From NCBI GenBank assembly GCA_034780895.1, contig JAUZTB010000017.1, positions 22,301,590 to 22,365,589 on the forward strand: a DNA stretch of 64,000 bases, read 5' to 3'. The translations under genes and the position numbers were made by a program. Below the pieces are notes generated by a model. It made no database searches. It worked only from the letters and a program-made list of their open reading frames with translations, and was not told where the DNA came from. Shown in pieces: positions 50,917 to 63,102 of the stretch; the first letter of the stretch is position 1, and every line of letters starts with the position of its first letter. This DNA comes from Rhynchobatus australiae (taxonomy: Eukaryota).

Positions 50917-51899
50917 CTGTGCTCTTTTAAGTATTTGTGTTTGACTTAATATTTTTAATTGTTTAAAATTATCTTTAAGATGGTTAAAGATTTTGTTTCC
51001 AACTTTTAAAATAATTCTGGTTTGCCCACGTGACTTGACTGGGATACCTGATGCAAATGGCGCAGAAGGTTTATTCTCCAGGATTGTCTCCACCAACAAG
51101 ATTGGCCATTCAGGATCAGGTAGATTTGTGCCAATAATGTATGCAAGTGGTGAGTGCAGGCAGTTGGCCTCACTCAGTAATAACCAAGCCAACAAAACAG
51201 TAATCTTGAGAACTTCAAACATTTAATAAAGTTCTGACCATGAATTTTATCAATTAGTTCAGAGAGATGTGCTGTCATTTTTGTGGAAGTTCTTACTTAT
51301 TTAAGAGGTTGTTGTTTATAGACATACAAAGTAGAAAGGGGAAAAATAGTCACTAAAATATATAAATGAAATTCATCACAAGAAGGGAAACAGCCAGGAT
51401 GGCAAATCACCAAGCGATTCCTGTCTTCAAAATGGAAGACATTACTAATCTGGAAAACTGTAGAGCATTAAACTAAACATCAGCTGCAGAGTTGTAGTAT
51501 ATATCAGGAGGCTGAACTGAACAGTTGCCAAGCACAATTGCAGAGACTGTAATGAAGGCAGCACAGCTTTTTCAAGTTGCCTGCTCATTATCATGACTTC
51601 TACATGTGATCTTTCTAACAAAATGTAGATTAATTATATGCATCAATAGAGGATTCAAGATTACAAGTTNNNNNNNNNNNNNNNNNNNNNNNNNNNNNNN
51701 NNNNNNNNNNNNNNNNNNNNNNNNNNNNNNNNNNNNNNNNNNNNNNNNNNNNNNNNNNNNNNNNNNNNNGTTTTAGCACCAGTTAAAGATACCTGAATCC
51801 TTTAAAGGTACTCTGAACCTCTTAAAGTGGAGATGCATAGTGGCTGGACCAGGTACTGATTGTTGATTAATCAAATTTGGTCTGAGAAACAGTGTGGAT

Positions 51900-52480
51900 T
51901 AGCACAGCATGGGAAACAGTGGGTACTGAGATTTTTGGGATTTATGCTGGAAGCCTTGGTGGAAGTGAGAAGAAGGAGAGGTGTCATGGATTCAGAAAGG
52001 GTCCAGGCACATGCTTAGAAAGCAATGGGTGAAGATAGATCGAGCCAGGAGTCCTTTATTGAGAATTTCAATACAATTGCCACTAGAAGTTCAAAGACTT
52101 CACATGATTGATTACACATCTGCCATGTCTTACCAGCCCCATCACTAAACTCAGACTTCTCAATTCACCACCCTTTCACCACTCAATGACCAATGATCAC
52201 TGTCAATTAGGACTCATCCCCAACTTCCAAATGGTTCACCTCAACTTTATATGCCTGCTACAACTGTAAGTATCACATCCATATCACATAGCTTGCACAC
52301 ACTGCCAGCTATTCAAACATTACGGCCACATCACCCACACATATTGCATGAAGCACAAATTCCTCATTTTTGTAGGATGAGCTAGCATGCAACTGGAGGC
52401 AGCAGCGGGTATGTGTGGGGAACAGTTGCACCTACACAAATTAACCATAGCTGCATGATGCCGGCCATTACTGGATTATT
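51900..52480 (+). mobile_element. PIF/Harbinger Myb/SANT-gene fossil
   Basis: LRFLGFMLEALVEVRRRRGVM (cf. PRFSxxxLExLVxEVxxRRxVL) and NCH*KFKDFT (cf. QCRKKFNDL); putative intron ending ttgtag at about 52376. Confidence 0.62.
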
Positions 52481-53229
52481 CATTATTGAATCAAGTCCAG
52501 CAGCTGGACTAAAGCTGTATCCTTCCACCTAATTATTACTCCCATGGCCAATATCTCCATACCCCACATTTTGTTCAGACTTACAATCTGCATGCACTCT
52601 GTATTTATCCCCATTCTCCTCTCCCGCTGCTGCATCTTTCCCTTACACTTGTGCCCTTTCCCTCTCAGTGCAAGAAGTACAAGAAGTGAAAAATTCCCAA
52701 ACAGTGAAAAGAGCAACAAAAAGACAAAGGTGCTGGTATCACATTCACAGTTAATTGCTCAGTTATTGGCATCACGTGTAATATAGAGGCTGGCATGGAG
52801 ACAACACCTGCATGTGCTGAAACATCAGGCCACGGCTTGCGGCATGGAAGGGGGGTGGGGTAGTGGGCAAAGATGCCACAGGTGCCGGCTTGCCAGAGGC
52901 CAGACATGGTTCCTTTACAGAAAACTCTGATGACGACTTCATTGAGGAAAAGGGAACTGGTGGGTAGGCACAACAAAATGATGCTCCCAGGAGCCACAGG
53001 ATAGGAACACAGGCACTAAGGGAAAGGACAACAATCATTGGTGTGATTTCATTCATAAAATTGATTGGTATATTTGTTTTGCAATGGCTTGCTTTTCTGC
53101 ATTGGCACCAAGCAGACAATGTGATGGTTGTTAACAGGGGGAACTTAAAATGTGAACAGCTGATGTATAGGGACACAGACTTATTGTTATTGCATGCAAA
53201 TTGGTTCTGCATTGCTGGCCCAGGAAGAA

Positions 53230-53790
53230 ACACGGAAACATAGAAAATAGCAGCAATGGGTCATTCAGCCCTTCAGGTCTGCTTTGTCATTCAGTGTGGG
53301 TGATCATCCAAATTCGGTACCTTGTACCCGCTTTCAAAGAGGCAAGAAAGATAGCTAAACAAAAGGTAGCATGCGGCAGAAAGGTTTCCAAGGGTATTAT
53401 CAAAATTCGACAGATACCGCCATCAATAAAGTTTGAACAGTACCTTCTTTTCAGGAGACCTGATTAAAAGCTTTATGATTGTGACACGGTTTGACAGAGT
53501 GGATATGTTTTTCTTTTGTATGAGAGCCCAGAACAAGGGCATAAATACAACATAGCCAAATCAAATAACAATGTTAGGTAGAATTTCCTTACACATAAAA
53601 CAACGTGAGTATGGAACTTACTGTCAGTGGAGTGATGCCGGACAGCACTGATGCATTTAAGGCTGGTTTGATTCATATCAGAAAGAGAAGATAACGGGGA
53701 AAAACAGAAGGTGGAAAGTGAAAATGGGAGTTTGAGGAATCTTTGGTGGAGTGTAACATTAGGTGAATGGCCTGATTATATGCTATAGAT
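53230..53790. mobile_element. CR1 3' fragments in opposite orientations
   Basis: Minus tail gaaacatagaaaatagcagca..cattcagcccttc; plus strand ggagacctgatt..cagaacaagggcataaatacaa..gtatggaact..gatgcatttaagg. Confidence 0.65.
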
Positions 53791-54544
53791 TTAGTATGGA
53801 AAGGGTTACAGGGATTTTATCAGAATCCTATGTGTAATGAGCTCTGCTTTGATTGTGGCTGCTATGTGCACTGGGCCTTGTGCAGGGTGTTTTATGTGCC
53901 TTTCTGGGGTTGTTATTTTTTTGTGAGGTTCATTCTGCCAGTATTTCAACCTACCATACAATCAGATTTCAGAGAAATTGTAGTAAAATTCACATTTTGT
54001 GTTTGGCCTAATATAAATAGCACTAACTGACAATTCTGTAAATTCCTATTGGAGGTAATAAAACAGAATTGCAATTTTTTCCAGTAAAAAATAAATCAGA
54101 ACAGAAATCTACTTATTTGGTTAATAGACTAGGTACAGTATACTTCTCTGAAATAGCAAGAGGAGTTGCCAATGCCTTATATAAATCTGACCAAGTCTTA
54201 GTTAATTAGTACTATCATCAAATTTTATGAGAAATATATTTTATTTGACTGATAGTATCAGAGTTTGAGCAGAAGCAGCCAAGAGGAAATATTGGTTGAA
54301 CTCAACTATTTTTATACAACAGATAACATGGCTGGTGGAGATTCCTGTATTTGTCTGCTAAATGCAGCACCAGAAAAAAAACTTTGAAGAAGGGCAAAAT
54401 ATTTATTAACCTCATTACGAAAGAAGAGCTAATATTTGAATCAGCTCAAATCAGAAATGTCTGCTTGGTTTAGTTTGCAACATGACTGTTTCTGAATAGA
54501 TTATCATGTGTTGAAGCTTTTACATGTAACCTACTTCACTGCAA

Positions 54545-54700
54545 TGCTGTCTGAATCTTTTCTCTTGGATAGGATGTTAAAATGAGAGTCCATCCACCTG
54601 CTCACAGGTGTAAAAGATCACGTTAAATTATTTGAAAATATATTTAAGATTTAACAAAATTTATCACTCAAGATACATGAGACCATCATTTCCAACAATG
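54545..54700 (+). mobile_element. Deu-domain SINE remnant (SacSINE1/AmnSINE1-like)
   Basis: ggataggatgttaaaatgagagtccatccacctgctcacaggtgtaaaagatcac..tatttgaa resembles the recalled Deu-SINE stretch GATGAGACGTTAAACCGAGG..CAGGTGGACGTAAAAGATCCCATGGCACTATTTGAAG. Confidence 0.55.
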
Positions 54701-57700
54701 GTAACATTGGCAATGTACTCTGCAATTTACCACACTGATTTTATCTTTAAAAAAGGATTCCATGTCCATACATTTTTAATAAGAAAGTAGCTCAGCAAGA
54801 TGTTGGCAAATCAGAAGAGCCAAAGAACAATGCAATACTCCCCTACTTGTTGCCATGCTGGTAGTTTAAGAATTAAATGGCTACAGAATTGCTGCAGCTG
54901 TTTTGTGACACAGACTCAATATAACTTCCACTTCTGAAGATGAAACTGTAAAATCTCCTTTGATGGGGAATCTTTCTTGGCAAATGGTTTACTGAGTGAA
55001 TTTATCTCAATTTATGGCTCAGTTGCCATTTCCTATTCAACAGTGATATCTTTGGGCCAACAATGATTTTCTGAGGTATGTTGGTTACAACTTTCTCAAA
55101 TGCTACTTTTTTATTCAGTCTCTCCATGCTAATAAATTCTCATGTTAAAGGGGTGCCCATTCAACCCAGCCAATAAGGTACATTAAATTATTTATTNNNN
55201 NNNNNNNNNNNNNNATTAACTGTGAGCAAATAATTAAATAAAAACTGATTCTTAGTACTAGTTGCTAGCGATAAGGACATTCTCAGTTCACGCTTGGCTC
55301 TTTGGGTAGCTATCAAAAATATTTACTATAATCAGTGATAAAGAGAGTTTTGGGATTCTTCAATTCTCTTTTAAAGGTAAGGGCAAGTAAGCCATTAAAA
55401 TTAACTACCTAGAAATTGAATTTCCCCTATATTTGCTGTGCGAAATGGGCAGTTCATGCCAAATCAAAAATTAGTATTAAAAAAATTCACAAAATTTGGA
55501 CATTATTGCTTTAAGAAATCATTATTTTGGCTTACTCTCTTTAAAAATTGTTAAAACCTGACTTGCACAATTCACAGGCACCGTGGCTTGCTCAGGATGC
55601 CTCAGCTCCAGGCTGCCATGAAGGTGATGTCACACAGCGAGGGAGGGGTAGATATCATGAAGAATGGAGGTGGAAGGGGAAATCAGGAGGGTGGAGAGGA
55701 AGAAGGATGGAGCAGTTAGCAGTTCACAGAAGCCTAGATCAAAACTGAGGGAGGGCTGCTGGCAATAAAGTTTTATATCAATAAGAATTTCTGCGGATAA
55801 TTTTTAACACACGAAAATGATATCCCACGTAGAGAAGTTTCACTACTTTCAGTGTGGTACTCCTCAGTGAGCTGCGAATTAAATACAAGGTTTATAAGTT
55901 GCAAACTATAGATCTAGTTTCTGTCAGTAAGTAACGAATGGGTGTTGTGCACAATGATGATATCATCATCAAAGTATGCCCAAAATACTGGCAAATGCAC
56001 TACTTACGGATAAAAAAAGGTGCAAATGTTTTGTTCACAATCCACTTTCCAGGTTAACACTTAACTGCTCAACAGTTACCTTGCCTAAAACAAAGTTTCT
56101 ATCAATAAACCAAGTTTTCAAGTTGTTAATAGTGGCACAGAGGGATCATCTGGAGGATTAAAACACTGCATGTAAATGAACAGTAACAGCAAGTCCTGAT
56201 CAACAAACACGATTAACTTGATGTATAAAAGAAAGCAGTCATTGCATTATAAACGTAATAAATCATCTTGGTAACAGAACATTAGCATACCTGGGAACTC
56301 TGGCATTCAGCTGACCCTGAGACCAGTAAAGCCACTGGTTGGAGCGGGAGCATCAATTATATGGTACTAATAACCTGGGTAAATCCAGAGAGTTCCCAGA
56401 GATGCCCAGAGGGTGAACAAAACCTTATAAGCAGGATTCAAGAATCTGTGAGCATTGCAAAGGCTATATTTTTAAACACACCTGAAGCTATAATTTCACC
56501 ACTCACCACAAAGGTTTTTGATCTCTACATTCCTTCATGACAAATCTCCCTTTATGTTGGAAACTAAACATCCAAGAAATGATGTGGGAGAATCACATGT
56601 TTGGGTGCCAGCACCAAACGTGCAGAAACATCAGCTATTGGCTTATACATGCTGTCTGCGATTCAGTTGAAGTCAATGTATTTTATATGAGTGGTCAGAT
56701 GTCAAACGTCTTTAGAAAAATTATGACTCTTAAAATCTTTTATTACATATAAGATTGTTGGCTTCTATCTATGTTGTAATGAAATATGATAAAAATGAAA
56801 AATAAAATTATGCTAGCCCTACTCCCTCATCTCACCACAAATTCTTTCCTTTCAGATATTATCCAGCTTCCTTTTAAAAGCTACAATTGAACTTGCCTCC
56901 CCTGCTACCCCTGGTAGTTCATTCTACACCCCAACCATTGACTGTGTAAAAACAATTTTTCTCATATCAGTTTTGGTACCTTGCAAATCACCTTTGTTCC
57001 ATGTCCCCTAAGTTCAGAACCCTCCTCAGAAAAGAATTTATTTGTTGTAGCTTCTTTGGTATACCCTGAGAATAAATTGCTTAAGAAAGACCAGTCCTTT
57101 CTACCTTTATGCCATCACCAAACCATGTAGCAGTTGCAAAGACATAGCTTTTCTTCTTGAAAATAGGAGTTTGTTAAGTTTCTGTTAATTTACAACCCAT
57201 AAAAGCATCATGGTTGCAAAAGGTGGTTCATAAGAATTCAATCTCTTTCATGGTAACGAAACCTAACATCTGCAATAATGATTCTTTAATGTTCAACAAG
57301 CACCCAATGAGCCACTGAACTGCTTTAAATGTGGAAAACATTGTTAGTACAGCTGTTCAGTGTATTAAGTTTATGCAATATGACTCACCAGTCCCTTCCT
57401 TTGCTGGTGCGTTCTATCATTGAGAAACATCAGCAGATTTTTGGGCTGAAGGACAGCCCCAAATATCCAGAAATGCCAAGTGAGTCAGTCTTGATTAATT
57501 CCTACTGTGATCTTTCCTGACTGTTCTTTAATATCGTGCGGATCTTGGAGTGAATCTGGGTGACATTCATGAAGTCCTGATGAACCCAATAAAGACAATG
57601 CTATTTATGGCAAATTTTCTGAGCACATATGGAGATGTGTCTGGTTTACTAAAGGTACAGTGCACTTATGTGAATATTTGATCTATTTAATCTTGGCTTA

Positions 57701-57719
57701 TGTCTCTAGTCTTATTGTT

Positions 57720-58260
57720 ATGCTTATCTTCTTTTCCCACTTGCTGCAGACCTTCTTCTGCCTGCCATAACTGTCTGCAAAGTTATTCGGCAAACTATAA
57801 TAACCTTGGCAAATTCTGCAAACCAGACTAAACTGTAGCACACCTCTGCTCTTTCCAGGCATCTGAAATGCTCCTCGGGAACATCAATCAAGTCTTTCTC
57901 TGGTGCCACATTTTACCTCACCGTTTACTGTCCCTGGATTATACATTGTTTTGTGAGCTCTGGCTGTGGTACATTTCTGGTCTCCCAGCAGCCACTCCTG
58001 CAGATTTCATAGCCCTTCAAAAATTGCTGGCAGAATTGATTGCTGTTGGATGAAGGAATCATTGAAGTTGCCAAGGTAATGACATTCATATGCACAATGT
58101 GGCTGCAGAACAGTTATATATTCTTGGAGCAGCAGCTCTTTCTGCTCCTGAAAGGACTGTCTTGGGTTGGGATACATATGGCCACATTAGCAGTGTCAAT
58201 TATACCCTGCACTTTGGGTAAACCTGCCATATGGCAGAAATGAAGGGTTATTTCCTGTTG
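57720..58260 (-). mobile_element. PIF/Harbinger transposase DDE-domain fossil
   Basis: Minus strand AGLPKVQGIIDTANVAI (cf. AGxPxVxGxIDCTHVAI), RKSCCSKNI*LFC, YLGNFNDSFI (cf. PGSxHDxFIL), HFRCLER..KVIIVC; one stop and a frameshift seen. Confidence 0.82.
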
Positions 58261-60249
58261 GAGTCTGCTTTTGAAAGGTTCAGTTCACTAGCTTTGGCAA
58301 ACAACAGGGAGCTGGAGCTCGGGCTGGGGCTCAAGCTGGGTAATTGTAAACCAACTGGCCCAGTAACAAACTTAGGGTTAAACACCAATTCTTCGTTCCC
58401 TACCCTTCTCCTGCTGCTCCCAATCCCCACTTCAATCTTACTTTCCATTAACAAAGAGAAGTGATTGAAATAGAGATTAGGAATGTCAAACTAGTAAGAG
58501 GTCCAGCATATCTTCATTTGGGCAAGTCCATTTTAACAGTTGCACGGCAAATTGTGCACTAGCTGTTGTGAGATGTGACAAAAGTCAATTAGGATTGCTC
58601 AATTGAAATCTCCCCCATAAATGTTCATTACAATTCTAAACGACTGACAGCTGACCCTGTTTTAGAAGCGGTTTCCAAGACTGTTGTAGGAATGTGTATG
58701 ATTTTGTTATGGCCTCTGTGTAATCTTAGACTGTGCATTAGCATACATCTTTAGACTACAGCAAAGAAGGGAGAGTCTGGAGTAGTAGTGCCATGAGGAT
58801 GGATCATAATACACTGTAAACATATGTCTAATATGCCTCATCTGAATTTTCTTGCCCTCTCCAGAATATGCAAAGACAGAGGTACACCAATCAGAATATT
58901 CAAAGTCCGTCAACAATGGTGCCATGCTTTGGGCAAAGTATCACAAATGGCAATGCTCTACTACTTGACAAATCTTTCAGAAAGTGCCTCAGTATTCATC
59001 ACCTTCCCTCAACCAGCAATAGCAATAAAGCAGAAACATGAAAATATAACAAATGACAGCAAAACAGCAATGTACATTAAAGACTAACAACTTTTCTGAA
59101 GAGAGGCTGTTTCTCTCACAGCAATTTTTTTTCACATGCTTGAAGAGCACTGTCCATGAGTGATTTGGACTTTAAGATCACTTCCCTTTATTTGAAAATG
59201 AACTGAGCTACAGGAGAGTCCACCACAGAGTTGGGGTCCAGGCTGCACATATTTTGTGCACCAGCCAATTCCCTTTGACAGCAACGTGTACAAGGATGAG
59301 GAATTGACATCGTAATGCTATGAATGTCAAAAATTACACTCTGATGGACAATATTCCTCTAATTTTGGACAGGAAATTATGCACCATATTTTTGATTATT
59401 TTAGTCTTCTATCATTATATAAATCTAACATTAATTATGCCCAAGTTATTAGCATAGAGGTGTTTATGACTAACCACTCCACACCAATATTATTTGTATC
59501 CCCTGTTACTCTGCTGACTATATAAACATGGAGGAAGCCAGTGAAAATGAATCAGGGAAAATTTCCAAAAGCAAAAAATGTTTGAATTTAATTTACCAAC
59601 TGATATTGTTTTTAGTTTGAATTGAAGCATTAGATTTAAACTAAACTTATTTTCTTATGATTGATGAAAAGTTTGGACAACAGTTTAGAAGAGAAAGGCA
59701 CTAGTAACTTGGAGCATGGCTTACACTTACTGGATGCTTTCAGAGAAGTCAGGCTGGTAGCCACGTCTCCCTGACAAAAGCCAGCCAGCACACATAGCCC
59801 GTGATGCCGGATTGCCTGTGATGAGGAGTGTTGCTCCCAAAGGAACACAGAAAATAGCACATTTCCGCTAAGTACTCAGCACAGTGGCCATGATTCCTGA
59901 CATGTAGACTACTGACATCAAGCAGATTAAGACAAAGTTACTGAGGGAAGCTTACAGCAGGAAGTCTGACCCAAGGCTAACATTTTCTGCTGAGGAAGGG
60001 AAACTGACTCACAGACCAGACCGTAAGTACAGTCTGTGGGGTCCAGAAGTGGAAAAATACAGCCAACTGCCTGCAGATGCTATTGGAAAATCTGACAGCA
60101 TTCTTCAGTATACACGACTTAAAGGAAAGCCACCAATTCATTTTGACTTCAGATGTGCTGTTGAACATTATCTTCCCACAATACTCTACTCACGCGTATT
60201 AACCAACAAAACAAACCTTCTCCTTCTTCTCAGTCCTTCAGCTCAGGAA

Positions 60250-60870
60250 GGAGGTGCATAATAAGCTGGGAAGGTTATATGATTTTTCTACCATTAACTC
60301 TGGGCTTCTGTGTGTTCCCAGTGAAGGGAACTCAAGATTTTCAGTGCCAGCCCAGATGTCCTTCTCCACTTTGAGTGGATTTAGGCCAGAGATTCCGATG
60401 AATCAGTCAGGATATTAATTTTATTTTAAGGAAACATTGAGATGTCCTTCCATCATTTCCCCTGTACACTAATTAATCTCTTGTTGAGATGGACTTCAGA
60501 GCAGAGTGCCTGTTTCGTGAGTCTGGTGTTGAGCATGCAAATGAGATAGCCTGTCCGGCAGAGTCAAACAAGAGTCATTAAAACTTTGATTTTGCCTATG
60601 TTGTCCTGGAAGAGAATGCTCATGTGTGTTCTCTTATCCTGCCAGTGGATTTGGAGGATTTTTCAGTGACAGCATTGATGGTTTCTCTCCAGCATTTTGA
60701 GGGATCTGCTGTAAGCAGTCCATGTCTCAAAAGTGAATGGGAATCACTGCTGCCTGGCAGACACTGAACTTTGTGCTGGGTTTGACGTCTTCAAAAACTC
60801 TCATCAGCAATGCCTGTCTTTGATGAGAGATGGTTCTTCAGATTTGGGAATTAGTCCATGATTTCCAAGG
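60250..60870 (-). mobile_element. RTE-BovB-like LINE 3' fragment
   Basis: Minus strand KILQIHWQDK and NTRLTKQALCSE motifs, homologous to the other RTE copies in the window. Confidence 0.7.
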
Positions 60871-61241
60871 ACTCATTGTACACCTTTATTGTCAAGGATA
60901 CTGTTGGAATGAGAACCTTTGTTTTATGGTGTCCAATACAATGCCCATACTCCTGTAAACCTTAGTGAACAAATCGATAATGGCATGTAGCCTACCCTCC
61001 AAATCAGCAAGCCATAAGGTGAAACATGAGTAAAGGCTTCTTCAACAACCACCATTGTCTGGAGATAAAACATAGATGTAGAGAGAAAATAGAGAGTATT
61101 GTGGCCATCCACACCAACTACCTGTTTTCTTCTGCAGGTCAACAACCAAGTGAACTCCACTTCTTCATTTTGACGTGTCTGCCACACCCTAGGGCATCGG
61201 TAATATGGCCGTCCACCCCAAATACCTGTTTTCTTCTACAG

Positions 61242-61348
61242 GTTACCAACAAAGTGAACTCCACCAGATTACTCTCAACAATCCAGACGTGGATTGCAGT
61301 GACGGTCACAGTTATTGTTTCTCATCCATCGACAGAGTAAACAAGCAG
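61242..61348 (+). other. Candidate 107-nt exon, copy 1 (unassigned; donor degenerate)
   Basis: Strong acceptor cctgttttcttctacag; open frame (G)YQQSELHQITLNNPDVDCSDGHSYCFSSIDRVNKQ; second copy at 62997-63073. Confidence 0.4.
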
Positions 61349-61440
61349 GCTGGTGTCTCTCCTTCAGACTGACTCCAACTGGCTGTTCCAACAACATTAT
61401 GACGTTCTCTATCTTCTGTTGACATAAGCACGCCCCACCT

Positions 61441-61464
61441 CACACACACACACACACACACACA
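61441..61464. repeat. (CA)12 microsatellite
   Basis: Read directly from the sequence. Confidence 0.95.
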
Positions 61465-62712
61465 ATCTGAAAGGGACACTCACTAATAGTAACCTAGTCC
61501 GTAACAACAACTCCACCTTTAAATCACTCAAGACATGTATGTTTTGTCATCTTTAAATTTGCAGTCAGCAGAAATACTGTGTTCATTCATCAATGAGCTC
61601 AAAAATAACTGACCATGAAAATCTAGCAGTGCCTGTGATCTGGACATTTCCCGATGACATTAGTGGCCATCAGGCCTTTGCACAGGGACAACATATCACT
61701 GAACTGGCTGACCAGCCAATCAGATTGAAAAAAATACTGAAAAGGTGATTTCAAGTAACCTGTGTAAAATGAAGATTGTGTAAAACATACACAAGCTAAG
61801 TAAGTGATTCAATTTTTATAATATTTTTCCAAAGGGGATAATAATCCATAAAATAGGACTTCTGGGTTCAAAGAGTTTGCTAAATAGTAAATATAGCTTG
61901 GTACACCAATTAAAAACTCATTTGCTTCTCCAAACAAAGTGCAAGACTTTTAGAGTGAGAATAGTTTACAAGTATCTGAATGTTTCGTGAACTCCCTTAT
62001 TTTCCTTGATACGAGGATGTGAAACATTGCAGCCTGAAAAGGAACAGCAAATTTCGACTTCCGTGCTAAATCGCGTATCTATGCATTGTATTCAAAGCAT
62101 GAATTAGAACTTATATAGACATGTCACGCATCACTCTCAGCAGCAAGACAGTTTTCTCCAGAAAGAGAGAGAAAGATAATGCAAGAATAAGAGGAGTTAT
62201 ATATCAGGTTTTTAATCAACTGGATGTAAACTAGGAATGCCGAAATCATTTTAAATTCAGAGAAGGAAATGATTGCTCTAATGTCCCATGCACCAAGGAA
62301 ATGACAATATTCATCTTGAGCTAGTATTTACTATGTACACTGAGAGTGTGGAGGAGGAACTGGAGAGTCAATGTTCCAGGCGTATCGTGACTGCAATATG
62401 ATCACGTTTAATCTTATCTAGAATTCAGATATACCATCGACTATAAACTAGCCATATAATGTTAGAAACTTTATGTTCAATAAGAGCAGCAAATTAAAAA
62501 AAACCTAAACAAACAAATTGGAAAAGGATATTCATCACATTTTCAGCATTTTTGGATTTAAATGAATGAAAAGGTGGGAAAGACTAATCCATCAAATCTG
62601 TTCAACTTGCACGACTCCCACTGTTTACTTCTCCTAACAGTCTGGAACTACCAGAGGGGTAAAAAACCTCCAGGTAAATGTGGGGTTTGGGGGTGGGGGT
62701 GGTGGTGGTGGT

Positions 62713-62857
62713 GGGGAATTCCTTGACAGTAAACACTCCCTCTCTTTTCTGAACTCCCAACCAATTAAAAACGAACTTCGGGAGGCTACGGTGCCCATGT
62801 GGGAGAAGCTCCGGTGCTCCTACCTACCAACAGTTAACTGCAAGGTTAAATATATAA
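62713..62857 (+). promoter_or_regulatory. Putative promoter motif cluster: kappaB site, CCAAT, TATA-like
   Basis: GGGGAATTCC 62713-62722, TGACAG/GTAAACA 62724-62735, CCAAT 62761-62765, TATATAA 62851-62857, local CpG retention; motif match only. Confidence 0.35.
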
Positions 62858-62996
62858 CTTGAATAAGGAAAATCAGATTAAATTGTGGGAATTCTANNNN
62901 NNNNNNNNNNNNNNNNNNNNNNNNNNNNNNNNNNNNNNNNNNNNNNNNNNNNNNNNNNNNNNNNNNNNNNNNNNNNNNNNNNNNNNNNNNNNNNNN

Positions 62997-63071
62997 CTCA
63001 ACAATCCATACGTGGATTGCAGTGACAGTCACAGTTATTGTTTCTCATCCATCGATAGAGAAAACAAACAG
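62997..63071 (+). other. Candidate exon, copy 2 (5' part in gap) with GC-type donor
   Basis: LNNPYVDCSDSHSYCFSSIDRENKQ followed by CAG|gcaagt, the consensus GC-AG donor. Confidence 0.4.
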
Positions 63072-63076
63072 GCAAG

Positions 63077-63102
63077 TCTCTCTCTCTCTCTCTCTCTCTC
63101 TC
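63077..63102. repeat. (TC)n microsatellite followed by a C-rich tract
   Basis: Read directly from the sequence. Confidence 0.95.

Noticed and set aside
50788-51222. 144-aa minus-strand ORF next to the integrase
   Set aside because: It crosses the LTR boundary and TSD from flanking DNA, so it cannot be an element gene.
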